DNA of 64,000 nt from Tubulanus polymorphus (lineage: Eukaryota; Animalia; Nemertea): positions 5,554,914 through 5,618,913 of the forward strand of contig NC_134034.1 of NCBI RefSeq assembly GCF_964204645.1. The letters run 5' to 3'. Below the pieces are notes generated by a model that worked only from the letters and a program-made list of their open reading frames with translations, had not been told where the DNA came from and did not search any database. This document shows, piece by piece, positions 49,444-62,567 of this stretch (position 1 is its first letter; every line of letters begins with the position of its first letter). The position numbers were made by a program, and so were the translations under genes.

Positions 49444-50603
49444 TTTTTTTTTTTTTTTTTTTTTATTTATTTGGCTGGTAAATTTTGTTTGATTTTTCGA
49501 TTGAGTGTCCCTTACAGACCCACCACACCTGCCGGGAGCGAAACAGGGGGTTTGATTTTGAAATCGGAAATCGAAGTACAGATATAGATGTGTGATCGGC
49601 GGTCGAGTAAACAGAATATTTTAAAATCGAAGTACATAATTGGAAATTCGGTTCCGGTTCATCCAAACAATCTTCCATTCAGTCTGAACTGGCAAGCGAC
49701 TGATTGGGATGAATTTTTCTGGCTGCCTAATTTAATACAATGAGATTCTGGAAATAGCTATATTACAAGATCATTTTGTCCATTTTTATATTTTTTTGGT
49801 CGTTTTCTACGTGTAAATAGTCCGATAGTTTAGTGTGGTTTTTTTCCTCGGGTAGATGTTGATGTAGAAGTCCTCTAAGTTGATGATCCCGCGTGTTGAC
49901 TAGATAGGAAGAAAGCACATATCGAAACGCAAATTTTCCAGATGAGAGTATGGCCCTGGGGTATCCGAAGTGTAGTTGTATGACATCGACGGTGCAGCTC
50001 CGATTAGGATGGGTTTCTCCGTCAAGGGGTGCGCAGTTGGTACTTCACATCTGGTGCTGAATTTGCCTAAAAGTATAAGTTTTACACTGGGAGCAGTTAT
50101 GTGTTTCTAATATACAGTGAGTTAGGTCCGTGAATGTATCGCAATCAAACGGACAGTGCTATGCGTATTGATAGACCGTCAGTAAGAAAGCGGCACAGAC
50201 ACGTGAATATTGAATACATGTTTGTACACTTACATATATACAGTCTTGATCGGGTTTTATTTACATTGTCACGATTAGATTTTTGGTAGCTTTTAATGAG
50301 ACTGATGTCAAGAGGCAACTTTCCAGTCACCATTGCGCGTAGATAGACTGAGCTTGCTATCCTAAGGTCACAAACGGAGGCAGCGTTCCAGCTATCGTGG
50401 CAATGAGACTGAGTTTACAGTCAAAACATCAGAAACAGTAAACTAATAAACTAATACGTATGTGATGATATAGAGCAAAAGTGGTCAGACAGTTCTATGC
50501 GTATTGATAGACCGTCATCCCTGTTCGATCTAAATCAGAACATACCTCGAGTGTAAAAGTCGGGATATGTAGGTGTAAGTAATAAAAAAGGCGTTGTGTT
50601 TAA

Positions 50604-53600
50604 TTAATAGACTACGCTAATGGTGTCGATTGTGATTCTGTTTACTGCATTCAGTCCGTTTGCATCCAGGTGTATAAGTACATTGTTAAGAGTCCAAATA
50701 TGAAGGTTTTGTTGAAGCATGATTTCTTGGTTTAGGCGATCTATTAGCGAGTTTTTGAAATAAATTATAGTGTTGATGCGGCCAGAGCCTTGTTCTAAAT
50801 TGTAGTGATTTTTGTACAAAATGGATTGTGCAAGAAACAAAAGGTAGTTCGCGAGTGTGCGTTTGAAGAAATCTCTTTCTATTGTTTTAGTAATTCCTGT
50901 GTAGACGATGTCTTGAGTGATATTTATTGGTGTGTCTAGTATGCGTTGAATGATTGGTTGTATAGATGAATATAATTGCTGTGCTTCTGTGCATGAGAAT
51001 ACTACATGGTCATTCGTTGCCGTGCGTCCACAAATTTTACAATTTGGATCAGTTTTTATTTTCCTAGTTTTGAAGCTGTTGCCAGAGTATTATGCAGTAA
51101 TTTCCAATGAATATCACTAAATCGTCTATCAATATGTTTATTATAAACTTCATTCCAAAATTCCGGCCAGTTCAGATCAGCATTTAACATTTCAGTAATT
51201 TTGGTTTGCCCTATCGGTGTGATTTGATGGAGATTTTTTAATAATAGAATTCGATAAATTTGAGATGATAAAAGTTTTCCTATAGTGCACACTATATTAC
51301 CAAATTGTACATAGATTTTTGGTAATTCATCGGGATCTAAATTTTGGTTAGACAGAATTAGTTTCCAATGTTGCGGTATCGCATTGTATATACATGTGTG
51401 TTTAAATTTATTTGTTAATGGAATTTCGTTAAATGCTTTGTAGTTTCCACGATTATCGAATAGATGTCGTAGATTGATTATACCGTGATGTATGTATTCT
51501 GTGAAATTGGTTTTCTTGTTGAGCTTAATTTTTGGGTTGCCAAAAATAGGTTTTTGCAGAATTTCGGTAATGGTCTCAGTTGTAACTAGATGTTGTTGAA
51601 AAACTGTCCATGATTTTAATAAATGTCTGTAGTAGTCATTTGTAATGACTTTTTTGGGTATTTCATTGTGAATGATGTTTGAAATATTCCAGCCTGGGCC
51701 TAGATATTTTTGCAGATTGTAGTTGATAAGTGGTTTCCAGTGTGTTGGTTTTAGAGCGTGGTTTATTATCGTCTTAATTGCCTGTGTTTGTTGTCTGTAT
51801 TTAATGTTGTGTAAGTCGAGACCTCCGTGTTCGATTTTTTTATGTATTATGTCTTTACTGACAAGGCGTTTTCCATTATCCCATAGGAAATTGATGATGT
51901 TTGGTTCAAAGATTTTGATATATTTATCTGGAATTGGGAAAATCTCGGAAGTGTACCATAATATAGGTAGTATAAAAGAGTTTATGACAACCTTTTTGCC
52001 ATGTAAAGATAATTTAGTTTGGCGCCAAAGATTTATGATATTTTGAATTTTATTTATTTTCGGATTCCAGTTTAAATCATCAGTATTTTCATTGCCGAAA
52101 TGAATTCCATAAACTTTCATTGATTTCTTCCAATTTAAGTCTAAAGGTTTATCGTTTCTAGCTTTCCAAGATCCTATCCACATACACTCAGTTTTATCTT
52201 TATTAATTTTTGCACCTGATGCTCTTTCAAACAGAGTTAAGGCTGTAAGGACTTGATTCAATGATTCTAAGTCGGTTAGACATAATGTAGTGTCATCTGC
52301 AAATTGTTTGATTTTAATTTCTGTGTCATCTGGTAGTTTTACTCCTTTGATATTGTTGTTTTCGCGTATTTTAATTGCTAATGGTTCCGCTGCTATTATG
52401 TAGAGTATTGCGCTCATGGGACATCCCTGTCTTACGCCTCTTTCTAAGGTGAAGGGTTTAGTTAAGAAGCCGTTACTTTTGATTCTGGATTTTGGATTTG
52501 AATAGCAAGTCTTGATGTACCGAATTAGATTTTCTCCAAAACCGAAAGATTCTAAAGTTTTAAACATATATTGCCAGTCAACACGATCAAAAGCTTTCAT
52601 TTGATCGATGGTCACCAAAAATGCTTCTAAATTATCATTATTAACGTAATCAATTAAGTCTCTTATGATATGACCATTGTCTTATATTCGACGTCCCTTT
52701 ACGCTACATGTCTGGTCTGGGTGTATTATGTCTGTTAGACAGTTAATTAATCTGTTAGCGAGAACTTTTGTGAATATTTTGTAATCTGTACATAGTAATG
52801 AGATTGGTCTCCAATTTTTCAAGTCTGTTTTGTCATTTTTCTTATGAATTAATGAAATAATACCAGTTTGCATTGATTTAGAAAGTCTATTTTCTTGTAT
52901 ACACGCATGTACTAATTGTAGAAAGTCATTTTGGAGAGTATGCCAAAATATTCTATAAAATTCAATAGGTAGTCCGTCTATACCAGGGGATTTATTATTT
53001 TGGAAAGATTTGACTGAATTTGTTAATTCATTGATATCTATTACGGAGTCATGCTGGAGTTTCTTTTGATTAGAAATTTTAGGTAGATTACTCAGGAAAA
53101 GATTTTGGGTTTCTAAATCCGTTTCTTCTTTTCTATATAAGTCTTTATAAAATTTTAGTTGAATTTTTTCAATGTCTTTTTGACCAGTTTTAATTTCACC
53201 CAGATTATTTTTGAGAGTCCTGATGTGATTCTTTTTAGCGCGTTGTTTTTCATAATTTGCAAAGAAGGTACTTGTTTTCTCCCCAAATTCTCTCCACTCA
53301 ATTTTAGATCTTATCATTGCACTTTTTGCTTTTTCAATGTCGAAGTCACGAATACGCTTGGTAAGATATTCAATTTGATTTTGGTTAGTGTTTACTCCTA
53401 AATCAGAAAGTTTTTCGAGAATGAATAATTCAGATTCTAATGATTTCTTAAGATTGTTTTTAATTCTGCGGAGTTCTAATGCAAATTTTATAGATCTTTG
53501 TTTTATTTGAATTTTGCCCTCTTCCCACCATTCAATAATCGATTCATAAAACTGTATGTGATTTTGCCATTGATTCCAAAATTCTGTTATCACAGTGATG

Positions 53601-54421
53601 TAATTAGGGTTTTTAAGTAGTTCTTTGTTGAGATGCCAGTATCCCTTGCCACGTTTGACTTGAGAAGTGTTAATTGTCAATTCGACGATCTTGTGATCGG
53701 AATGAATAGAGTTGATATGTTTCACCTGTTCTATGTCTGGCTGTAAAGTGTCTGATACATAGAATCGATCTATTCTTGTTTTAATGACGTTGTTATTGCG
53801 TTTTGCTACTCGAGAGAAAGCTGGTGTGTCTGGGTTTTTAAGTCTGTAAGCGTCTGCTAATCTGTTTTGTTGACATAAATTAGCTAATTGTTCTGAACCA
53901 CTACGTATTGATGAATTGACGGATGTTGAATCACGATCTATGGGACTTTCTATACAATTAAAGTCTCCGGCTATTATTGTATGCTCATTAGGGTTTATAT
54001 TAAGATAATTACTGATATTGCTTATGAAAATTTTCCTATCACGTTCCTTATTTGGGGCATATATGTTAACGATATTGTAAATTTGGCTGAATAGGGATAT
54101 TTTCAAGGATATCAATCTCCCTTGTCTATCTACAGTCTTATCTAAAATTGTATAGTCTAAAGATTTTCGAATACCAATGGTTACCCCACATTTTCTTTCG
54201 TTTATAATATTAGATATAATTTCAAAATCTTTCCTCAAGGGCTTAAATATTTTTTGAACTTCATAGTCATTCGATATGTGAGTTTCTTGAAGTAAAATGA
54301 TATCATAGTGTTTAAGTCTTTCAAAAATGCCAACAATTCGAGCATTCGAGTAAACTAAGCCGTTGCAATTTAGTGATAGTAATCTAATACGTTCTAACAC
54401 GTCCGCCATTTTATGTCTCAT
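50604..54421 (-). pseudogene. Tx1-like ORF2: APE endonuclease + reverse transcriptase + C-terminal CCHC
   Basis: SLNCNGL, LLQETH, NIYAPN, IAGDFN, RIDRFY, SDHKIV; KSPGIDGLP, WRPISLL, KAFDRV, GVRQGCPMS, FADD; C-terminal CKIC..H..C. One in-frame TAA at 52682-52684 and one frameshift near 51056. Confidence 0.93.
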
Positions 54422-54457
54422 TTGCCTACATTAGTAAAACGTTATGAATACCTCACC

Positions 54458-55471
54458 TTAAGTAGTTTTTTTGGTCTTTGATTTAGTTCCATTCTTTGTT
54501 TGATTCCTTTTCTGCATTCGGACTGGTGCTGGTGGCCCAGTGCTTGGTTTTGTTGTTTTTGCAGCAACTTCGCACGTATCGTCCGTGTCACTTTCTTCGT
54601 GTTCGTTTTCTGTTGGCTTCTGTATTGGTGAGCTTTCTCCTTCCGAGGGCGGCTTTGATTTTTGTGATTTTTTCGGAGTTTGTACCAGTTCAGTTGGGGA
54701 GGGTGGCCTCTTCCTCGACTCCTCAGTGACAACATCCACTTCTGTCGTCGCTTCATCCTTCTCCTCCGTTGCCTCTGCTGGTGTTGGGTTTCTTCTTTTC
54801 ATCGATTGTAAAGAAACAGCCTGTCGAAAGTGGAGTTGACGGCATCGATCTGGTGTATGGGTTGGGTGGGTACATGTAACATTGCACTCAACCCAGGTAT
54901 GGTTAAATTGTCCGCATATTGAGCAATGTTCGGGCTGTCCGTTATAATAGACCCGTACAAGGAGTAAACCATAACGTTTGGAATCCAGAGTAATGTTTCT
55001 CGGGATTGGCGATGTAATTGCCACCTCCAGTACGCGTTTCTCCCCGTTCTGGAAAGTTGTTTTTCCCATCGTCGGGTGATAGGATCCCGTAAGAATGTTT
55101 CCATATGGCCGGATCATCTTATCTACCGCTTCATGAGGGCAGATCGCCGGAATACCCTCGATTCTGACAATGGTTGGTGTTTCAAGTGCCGATCGGAAAT
55201 TTATCGTTGCTCCTCTGAATGTAATCCTGTGTTTTTTTAGAATTTCGTACTTCTCCGGGGAACCACAGAATACTCCTACGTTATAAGCGTTGAAATCGAT
55301 CACTTTTTCAACGCACTGCCGAGCTGTATCGTCAGTCGCCAGAATTTCACAGTTTTGTGAAGTATCAAGTTTGTTATACTGTACCCTAATCTTAGGGATC
55401 AGTAAGAAATTTTCGAAATCCTGAGCCATCGAATTATCGTATTTAAATGCTTTCACCTGGTGTAAAGCCAT
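54458..55471 (-). CDS. Tx1-like ORF1 (gag-like, zinc knuckle, low-complexity tail), 337 aa
   Basis: Intact ORF upstream of ORF2: IVRIEGIP, NGEKRV, VYYNGQPEHCSICGQFNHTWVEC (CCHC knuckle). Confidence 0.88.
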   Translation of the reverse strand: MALHQVKAFKYDNSMAQDFENFLLIPKIRVQYNKLDTSQNCEILATDDTARQCVEKVIDFNAYNVGVFCGSPEKYEILKKHRITFRGATINFRSALETPTIVRIEGIPAICPHEAVDKMIRPYGNILTGSYHPTMGKTTFQNGEKRVLEVAITSPIPRNITLDSKRYGLLLVRVYYNGQPEHCSICGQFNHTWVECNVTCTHPTHTPDRCRQLHFRQAVSLQSMKRRNPTPAEATEEKDEATTEVDVVTEESRKRPPSPTELVQTPKKSQKSKPPSEGESSPIQKPTENEHEESDTDDTCEVAAKTTKPSTGPPAPVRMQKRNQTKNGTKSKTKKTT

Positions 55472-55570
55472 ACTGAGTTGAAGACTGGTTCAAAGGTCGA
55501 TTGAAACGAGCGCGCCGAAAGTACGTCTGTACAGTAGGAGTGTCGTGGGGCTTTTTTTTTTTTTTTTTTT

Positions 55571-56830
55571 TTCTTTCTGTGGCTTTAGCGATCGTTCCAA
55601 ATTCTGTTATCCGCATTTCTCTCTCTCGTTTCCAGGTGACGTTCGAAGTTTGACCTCTGGTATTCAATTCTATTAATTTGATTTCCTCATCTGTAATCGT
55701 AGTCAACTGAAAAAGAACAGCAAATGATAATTACCAGTTTTTGTTAATACCCATGAATTCAAAAGGCTTGAATCATAAACATTTCACCAGCCAGGAACTT
55801 GTCCACAGGGTCTAATTTCAAATAATCATGGTCTAGGTACAACGCATGAGGATTGGCCGGTGGAATAAGATGCATAACTGCCATAGTACCTCCATGGATG
55901 GCATAGTACCTCCATGAATTACATTATTTATAACATGAAATAATGCTGATAGAGTTAATTTTTCAAAATATATTTTTTATACCTGATAATTTATACACAT
56001 GTTCCTAAAATTTGTCGCACATAATTGACGATTTTTGTACATAGATTTCCTTGGATCGAAGTTCATACTCTTCGTAGGTGAAATAGGTTGCAATAGCTGA
56101 TTATGACTAACAAGTTTGACGGGACTTCCTAAATGGGGTTTCGTACGATGAAATGTCTGAAGAGTCTGAATGAAAAATAGAAGAAAATTATGCTTGTCAA
56201 TTAAATGCAACATGTTACCAACAAAGTATGCAAAAAACCTCATATTTACCTGGGTGCATGTCACTTCTGTTATAATTTTCTTTTCCTCTTTAAATTTGTA
56301 TGCAGCATATAGAACTGTTGTCACATGCTTGCAATGAGCGTTCGGGCCCTGACCGGCTCCGCATTCACACTGGACCTCAACAACTACGCCACAATTATCA
56401 ATCACTACATCTACCTTGTACGAAACGGATTTCTTCATTTCAGCCCACATAACTGAAGTCAAATAAACTGATGACGCGCTTTTTGATGAGGATATTCGCA
56501 AAAAGCGAAGTAATCTAAAAAATTATAAGAAATAACCATGTTTCATATAGAAAATTTCCTGACACAATGTTGGCTTACTAATATGTAAGGCTACATTTAG
56601 AAAATGTAAGCAAAGCCTACCTACCTCTGCTCATATAAATCTTAAATTTTCCCATCAAATGCCTTATCATATTGTTTTAAGTATTCATTTATCCTCTCCA
56701 TATTCACTTTTGGCACCATTGCATACATTTCTGAATGTAAATCCTTGTAGGACTTCTGGTCTGGAAGTTCCATGCTGTACTCCGACTCTATAGTGATGTT
56801 GACCTTATTCGTTTTATAAAATTCTAACCT
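55571..56830 (-). pseudogene. SWIM zinc finger/YqaJ gene, 5' exons
   Basis: VWAEMKKSVSYKVDV..CECGAGQGPNAHCKH (SWIM) TCTQ|TLQTFH; IELNTRGQTSNVTWKREREMRIT is the YqaJ N-terminus that continues at 49443. Confidence 0.8.
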
Positions 56831-57115
56831 GAAAAACAGAAACCTTATAACTGTAGCATATATTACTCAATTGTCACAAAGAAATCTGAAGTAATATATG
56901 AATATATATTCATATTCATGAATATATATATTTAAGGAATTCATGCTGTACTCCGACTCTATAGGTGATGTTGACCGAATTCGTTCTATAAAATTCTAAC
57001 CTGAATAACAGAAACCTTATTACTGTAGCATATATTACTCAATTGTCACAAAGAAATCTGAAGTTATATATGAATATATATGAATATTCATGAATATATA
57101 TATTTAAGGAATTCA
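56770..57115. repeat. ~170-bp tandem duplication spanning a splice acceptor of the SWIM/YqaJ gene
   Basis: CATGCTGTACTCCGACTCTATAG...TATATTTAAGGAATTCA occurs twice head to tail. Confidence 0.85.
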
Positions 57116-59213
57116 AGTATCAGTAAAATTGCAGTGACTGAAGTTCATGGGACAATGGCCTAGTTCTACAGGTCTGGCATATGGTATTTGTCAAAAAAAG
57201 CATAAAACCACCCGATATTGTGTTATCTGTACTCTCGGTAAGGGCCAATATTTCAATAAATTACATAGATTTACTAAATAAAATTGCATTGCCATTGAAT
57301 TGAGTTGAATCCAGGACCAGGATTTTCTTAGGCCTAGATTTATTTATCCATCCGATGAATTCATCTCTCAATTCACAAGAAGTATCTGATTAAAAAGGGA
57401 CAAAATCATTTCAATGCACTTGTGTTATTGCTACTTCATTAAGAAACGAAAGGAAAAAATCTTCGAACCCGGAAGTTAAAGAACAAGACCGGCCGTGTAT
57501 ATTTACCTCTCACAAAGCTCTTGTTTTCGACCTGAAATCTTTGCTCCGTACGACCGAAGCTCGTCTTGAAGATCTTTGATAGTCATTGATGCGATGATTT
57601 TATGGATGATTTAAAACGATTAAGAAGAGATCGATTTCCACGGTAATAATTGAAAATAACCTGAGTCGATCGCAGCGTCGCGTATATGGAAGACCGAGTT
57701 GCCTATCAGAAACCTCATGCGGATTAGTACTAGCAGCTCCCCATTAAGTAGGCTATCCACAGCTGTGGATAATTCACTTGTCAAGACATATGAACTATTG
57801 CCACCGAAATGTGGCCTGTGAGAGATATGAATTGTCATAGTGGTGTTGCGCCAGGCACCACGAACTCGTTCATATTCATATCATATTAATTTGACATTTC
57901 CAGCTACTATACAATTCTAATTGAGTTATTCATAATCATCGCCAATATCATAAAAAAACTATGTTATTTTTTCAAGGCGAGTTAATTTTCTTATTGACGT
58001 ATATAGATGACAATACATTTCATCATAAATATTTATAACACCTTATCCAACCATACATACCTAGGCGCCGAATCGACGCAGCTAAACAGTCATAAACTTG
58101 TACTATATACCTGAATAAATTCTATATCAAATAGGTGTGTGCGCAAGTTTACCGTCAGAACATAAATAGACCTTTTGAACCAGTTCTTCACATTATTTCT
58201 TGCTGGATTTTTTATTTGCTCGAACAAAACAAAATCAGGGATTTTTCTGCCCTACAATGAATGCTTTAACACGGAGCATAAATATGCAGAATGCGCACGA
58301 TGTCTTCATTCGATAACACGGGGGGAGAGCGTTCGAGTAGAGCAGACGTAATCTGAAGACCAACTACCGTACGAGCGCCGCGTGGTTTCTGATTACACTC
58401 AGACCTACGCAGCACCAAGCACATTGTATATGTACATTGTATACTTACGTGCGTATGTATGTATGTATGTACCAGCCAAATACCCGCCCACAGGGTAGGT
58501 AATCGGTATACCTTTATATATATACCTATTAACAAAAAACCTTGCAGCGAATCAAACAAGATTGGCTAAAATATTGTCAGCGGTGAATCCAGGTTTTCGG
58601 ATAAGTCTAAGTGGCAAAAAAGCCAAGTTTTAGGTCGTGGCACTCTCCCCAGTTGTTTTAGAATAAGATGCACCGCAGACGCATCCTGGGCACGGTCGGA
58701 GTGAATTACTTTTTCAACTCACAAATTGAATAGCGATTTCACAACTTCCAATTCAGCGGAACCAATTACAAAAATCCAAAGATTGCGAGGAGGCGGTGCA
58801 CATTGTTCAAAATGCACCTATGGGTGGGTCCTCAGCTGGTATTGTCGTTTCATTAATTTCGATTATAACAAAGAGGTCCATGGGCCGTGAAGTTCGATTG
58901 ATGTTATACATTGAGTATGTATAACCAAGTTATCATCATTATCGGGAATTATTTTCCCATTGTCGAGAATTAACAAAATGTTTCAAAACAATATTTTGTC
59001 CGTACAGCATCGGAGAGTGACTTAACTAATGACTTGTTTCCTACCATAATGCGTCCTTGTTTCCTATTAGTTAGGGGCAGAAAGTAAGACTTCAAACTTT
59101 CGAAGAAAACAGCAATAAAAAGAACTGAATCCAGAATTTTTTCAGGGCTCAATAACCAGCAGCTGGCAACTTCTGGCTATTTTATCCGTTTTTGTAAGTG
59201 AACTCGAGGCCTG

Positions 59214-59276
59214 CATCCTCCCTCGGCAGGGATTTGAACCTGAAGGCATCACTACACTCAGCAACGGCACAAACCA
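59214..59276. mobile_element. Partial copy (left arm) of the CATCCTCCC-TIR MITE family
   Basis: CATCCTCCCTCGGCAGGGATTTGAACCTGAAGGCATCACTACACTCAGCAACGGCAC matches 30147-30210. Confidence 0.65.
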
Positions 59277-62200
59277 TGGACCCTAGGGGGTTCGGTAGTT
59301 CGAACGAACCACCTTTTTGAATTTTCAAAAAGGTAATGAATTTCTATAACTAAATGATCATTATTTGTCTAATAACTAAGATCAAGAGTGACTCTCCCGT
59401 TTATGAGGAAACACACGCAACTAGTGGAATAGGTTTGATATTAATACACATGTTGCAGGTATGAATATGTTTGTCAGTATAGAATTTGTAAACATAAAAG
59501 CCGAAATCAACATCGGTCGAGACCCAGACCAAATCAACACGCACATAGTTAATGCACTAGGCCCTACGGGTCACCATACAAGATTTTAGGGCCCTAGCTC
59601 AAGCGGTTATAGGTGCGCCCTCTTGAGATCAGCCGAAATTTTCGGAATTTGCTAAGTTCTGCCGTGCATGAAGGCCTACTATCCATGGAAACCCTAACCC
59701 TTGCATCTTAACCCTGGCTTTTATGCACGGTACCAATTGCATGATGGGTTACCAAATGACGTTTCAATGAAGTATGTAGTTGACCTCAAAAATCCGTGCT
59801 TGAAGGCCCAAAAGGGGTCCCCTCTTAGGGCTAATTTTTGGCCTTTAAGCACGGAATTTGAAATTTTCTCAAATCGATTTGAAAAGTATAATCCTATCAA
59901 GGGGGCAATTTGATTGGTCCTAAGTGGCTCCCCCTATCCCGCTAACAATAGTTAAATGAATTTTCAAGCTAAAAACAATTTTTTTTCACTTTTTACATTT
60001 TCTAAAAATGTGATACTAGCGCCCCCTGTAGACTTATGTACACGTTCGATACGTCAAAATTCTCAGAAAAGCCTTCTCCAATATGGCAAATTGTTTAAAA
60101 AGCTTAATCTGTATTTTGTTTTTTTTTTATTAACGACTCTTCTAAGTAAACCCATTTTACGAAAAGTTAAACCATTTTTCAGTGGGGGTCATACGACCAT
60201 CTGAACTTAGAAGTGTATTTTGAATGATTGGTTAATGAAACCAGGCCTTCTTCTACCTGCCTGCCTAATTTAGTAGTCCGATAAAGGTCCCAAATATGGC
60301 TTACAAAATGGACGTTTTTTCACTTTTTTGACTATATTTTACTCTTTTATTGTAGACTTTCTATAGAGGGCGCTCGCTACCGTGCATATGGTTTCGGTAA
60401 TTGTGCCCTATCTACAAGGCCCCCTCTACGTACCCAAGAAGTTTCTAAGCCCTACGGGACGTTTAAAGGGGTCTTACTAATTTATGAAACTAACCGGTTT
60501 TCGATTCGGGATAACTTACATCTAACTGATTGACCTTTATGCGCGGGTGACGTTTTTGTCACGTAGTCTTTGAGTTGGCGTCATCTTGATTTTGGGAGAA
60601 TGCTGCTCGCGAGGATCTGAGGTACGATCTAAAGGTTTTTCTGCCCACTATAGGCCCTACTCTAAATGCCTGCGAAGTTTCGCGATTGTCGGGATCATAT
60701 ACAGAGTACTATGGCGCACCGAAACGTAGTTCCGGCGAAAATCTACCTTAAAAGTCAGCCTCGCGATAAAGCGCACAATTCCGCTCGCGAGGGTCTGCGG
60801 TACTATTAACTCATATGCGCACTCGCACGAGGCCTTCTTCTATATGCCTGAGAAGTTTCAGCGATTTCCGAGTCGTTTTAAGGGTTCAAATCGATGTTTG
60901 AAATAACTAGAAAATCAACAGGCACCCCTGACGACTTACACGCATGTTTTATACATCAAAGTGTTCAGGGGAATCTCCTCTATAAGGGTAAATTGTTTAA
61001 ACAGCGTTTGCATCGCGTTAAAATGTTAATTAATTTCGGGAATCGAACGCTATTGTCAAGGGTAAGCGATCTCCTAACTGACTGGCCTTTGTGCGCGGTG
61101 GACTCATTTTTCGAGTGTTTCCCGAACGCCGACCGACGGTTTTCGTAAGACCGATCTTAAGCTTTGGGGGTCTCAACGACCGAATCGATCTCATATACCT
61201 AAAGTCTGTGTCCCCGGCTATAAGGGAAAACTTATTTCATGATGTTCGTCGACTTAGAAATCGGTTTAAAGACCCCCTGAAAAGTGACCGGGGCGTTGGG
61301 GTTAAGCGAAGTTAGAGTCATGGCCTCTATGCACGACTACAATCGAAGGTTTAGGTTCGAATCCTAAAATCCAATGATTTTTCGTGACTTTTATGTGTTG
61401 CCTACTGTTTTTAATAACTGTTTAATCATTAGACGCTTGGTAGGGGAATAAGGAATTAGTATACTATTACTGCAGATTGTTTGCAGTTAGACGACAGTTA
61501 TTAGACACTTAGTAGGGGAAGCAGTTAGACGACGGTTATTGATAGGATTGATATGGATAGCGATGAGGTGGATAGCGGTAGGATGGGTAGCGATTATGAC
61601 CCGTTTGAAGATTCCGATGACGGTGGAAATGGATAGTCTTTACTCGATATAAAAATGTCTAATATTACTATATATCTTATGCTACAATTTGCTCAATTTC
61701 AGAGGATGCATGTTCGAAACCGGCCAAAGAACCAGCCTCAGTTCCGGTTTCGAAACCGGCCGAACAACCGACACCAGATCCGGCCGAAGACACTGAACAT
61801 GCAAAAGATACGGATTGGAATGATTTCGATTATGCGGTAACACCTGTAGCATTCTGTAGATATATCAGAAGGCTGTCTAAAATCCAACTCATGAACGTAG
61901 CAAAATCTGCTGCACAATTTGAAAAGAGTCGAGTTAAGACCGACTTTATCGCTTTCATCTCGGGCAACACCACTGAAGTGAGTGCCGTACATCATATTGT
62001 CGCATTCAGATTTAATGGATATCTATATATCTCTTTTTTACTAGCTCATATTAACCACGGAGAGAAAACTATTCAAAGTTCTGGACACAGAACTAAGCTA
62101 AAATGTCGAGGAAACATTAAGGCCAAGAACTTTGGAAACGATAGCTGCCATGTGCAGTAAGTTCATCTTCGTGAAGGCCATCAAAGGAAGAAACATCATC

Positions 62201-62567
62201 AATTCTCATATACTACACATATCTATTTCAGTCACAGAAATAGACGCTACCAACAAAAAACTTGTACCAAATGCAGAAGAAAAATGGATACATTTTGATA
62301 AAGTCTGTAAGTACAAGTTGACGTTTTCATTCCATTGTAGGTACTTGATTTTGTATCCCTAGCAACATTGCACATGACTTTTTTTAGTTTGCGAGCGTAT
62401 GAAAGACAAAGCAGCAGCAGAAGAATTAATTGGTACACGCGTTCATTGTTATGATTTCAGTTGTCAGTTTTTTCTCTTTTTTCAACTTGTTTCTACTTGT
62501 TAGGTGTTCTTTTTAAAAATTTCATTCTTGTTGTTTCAATCGTTTTTTCTTTGTGCAATGTTCATAC

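Larger units (their letters stand above)
49444..55570 (-). mobile_element. Full-length Tx1/L1-group non-LTR retrotransposon
   Basis: ORF1 + ORF2 + ~1.15-kb 3' UTR + AATAAA-poly(A). TSD TTCTTTCTGTGGCTTT at 49428-49443 and 55571-55586 splits the YqaJ frame (..IAKATE|RRNK..). Confidence 0.92.
47030..57742. mobile_element. ISL2EU-type (PIF/Harbinger superfamily) DNA transposon, interrupted by a Tx1-like LINE
   Basis: AT|GGGGAGCT...GCAACTCGG at left and CCGAGTTGC...AGCTCCCC|AT at right (imperfect ~55-bp TIRs, AT TSD). Carries a THAP-DDE transposase (+) and a convergent SWIM/YqaJ gene (-), the known ISL2EU gene pair. Confidence 0.85.

Noticed and set aside
52682-52684. Programmed readthrough or two separate genes in Tx1 ORF2
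   Set aside because: Single in-frame TAA within the conserved RT region, most simply a CAA>TAA nonsense mutation; a second lesion near 51056 shows decay.
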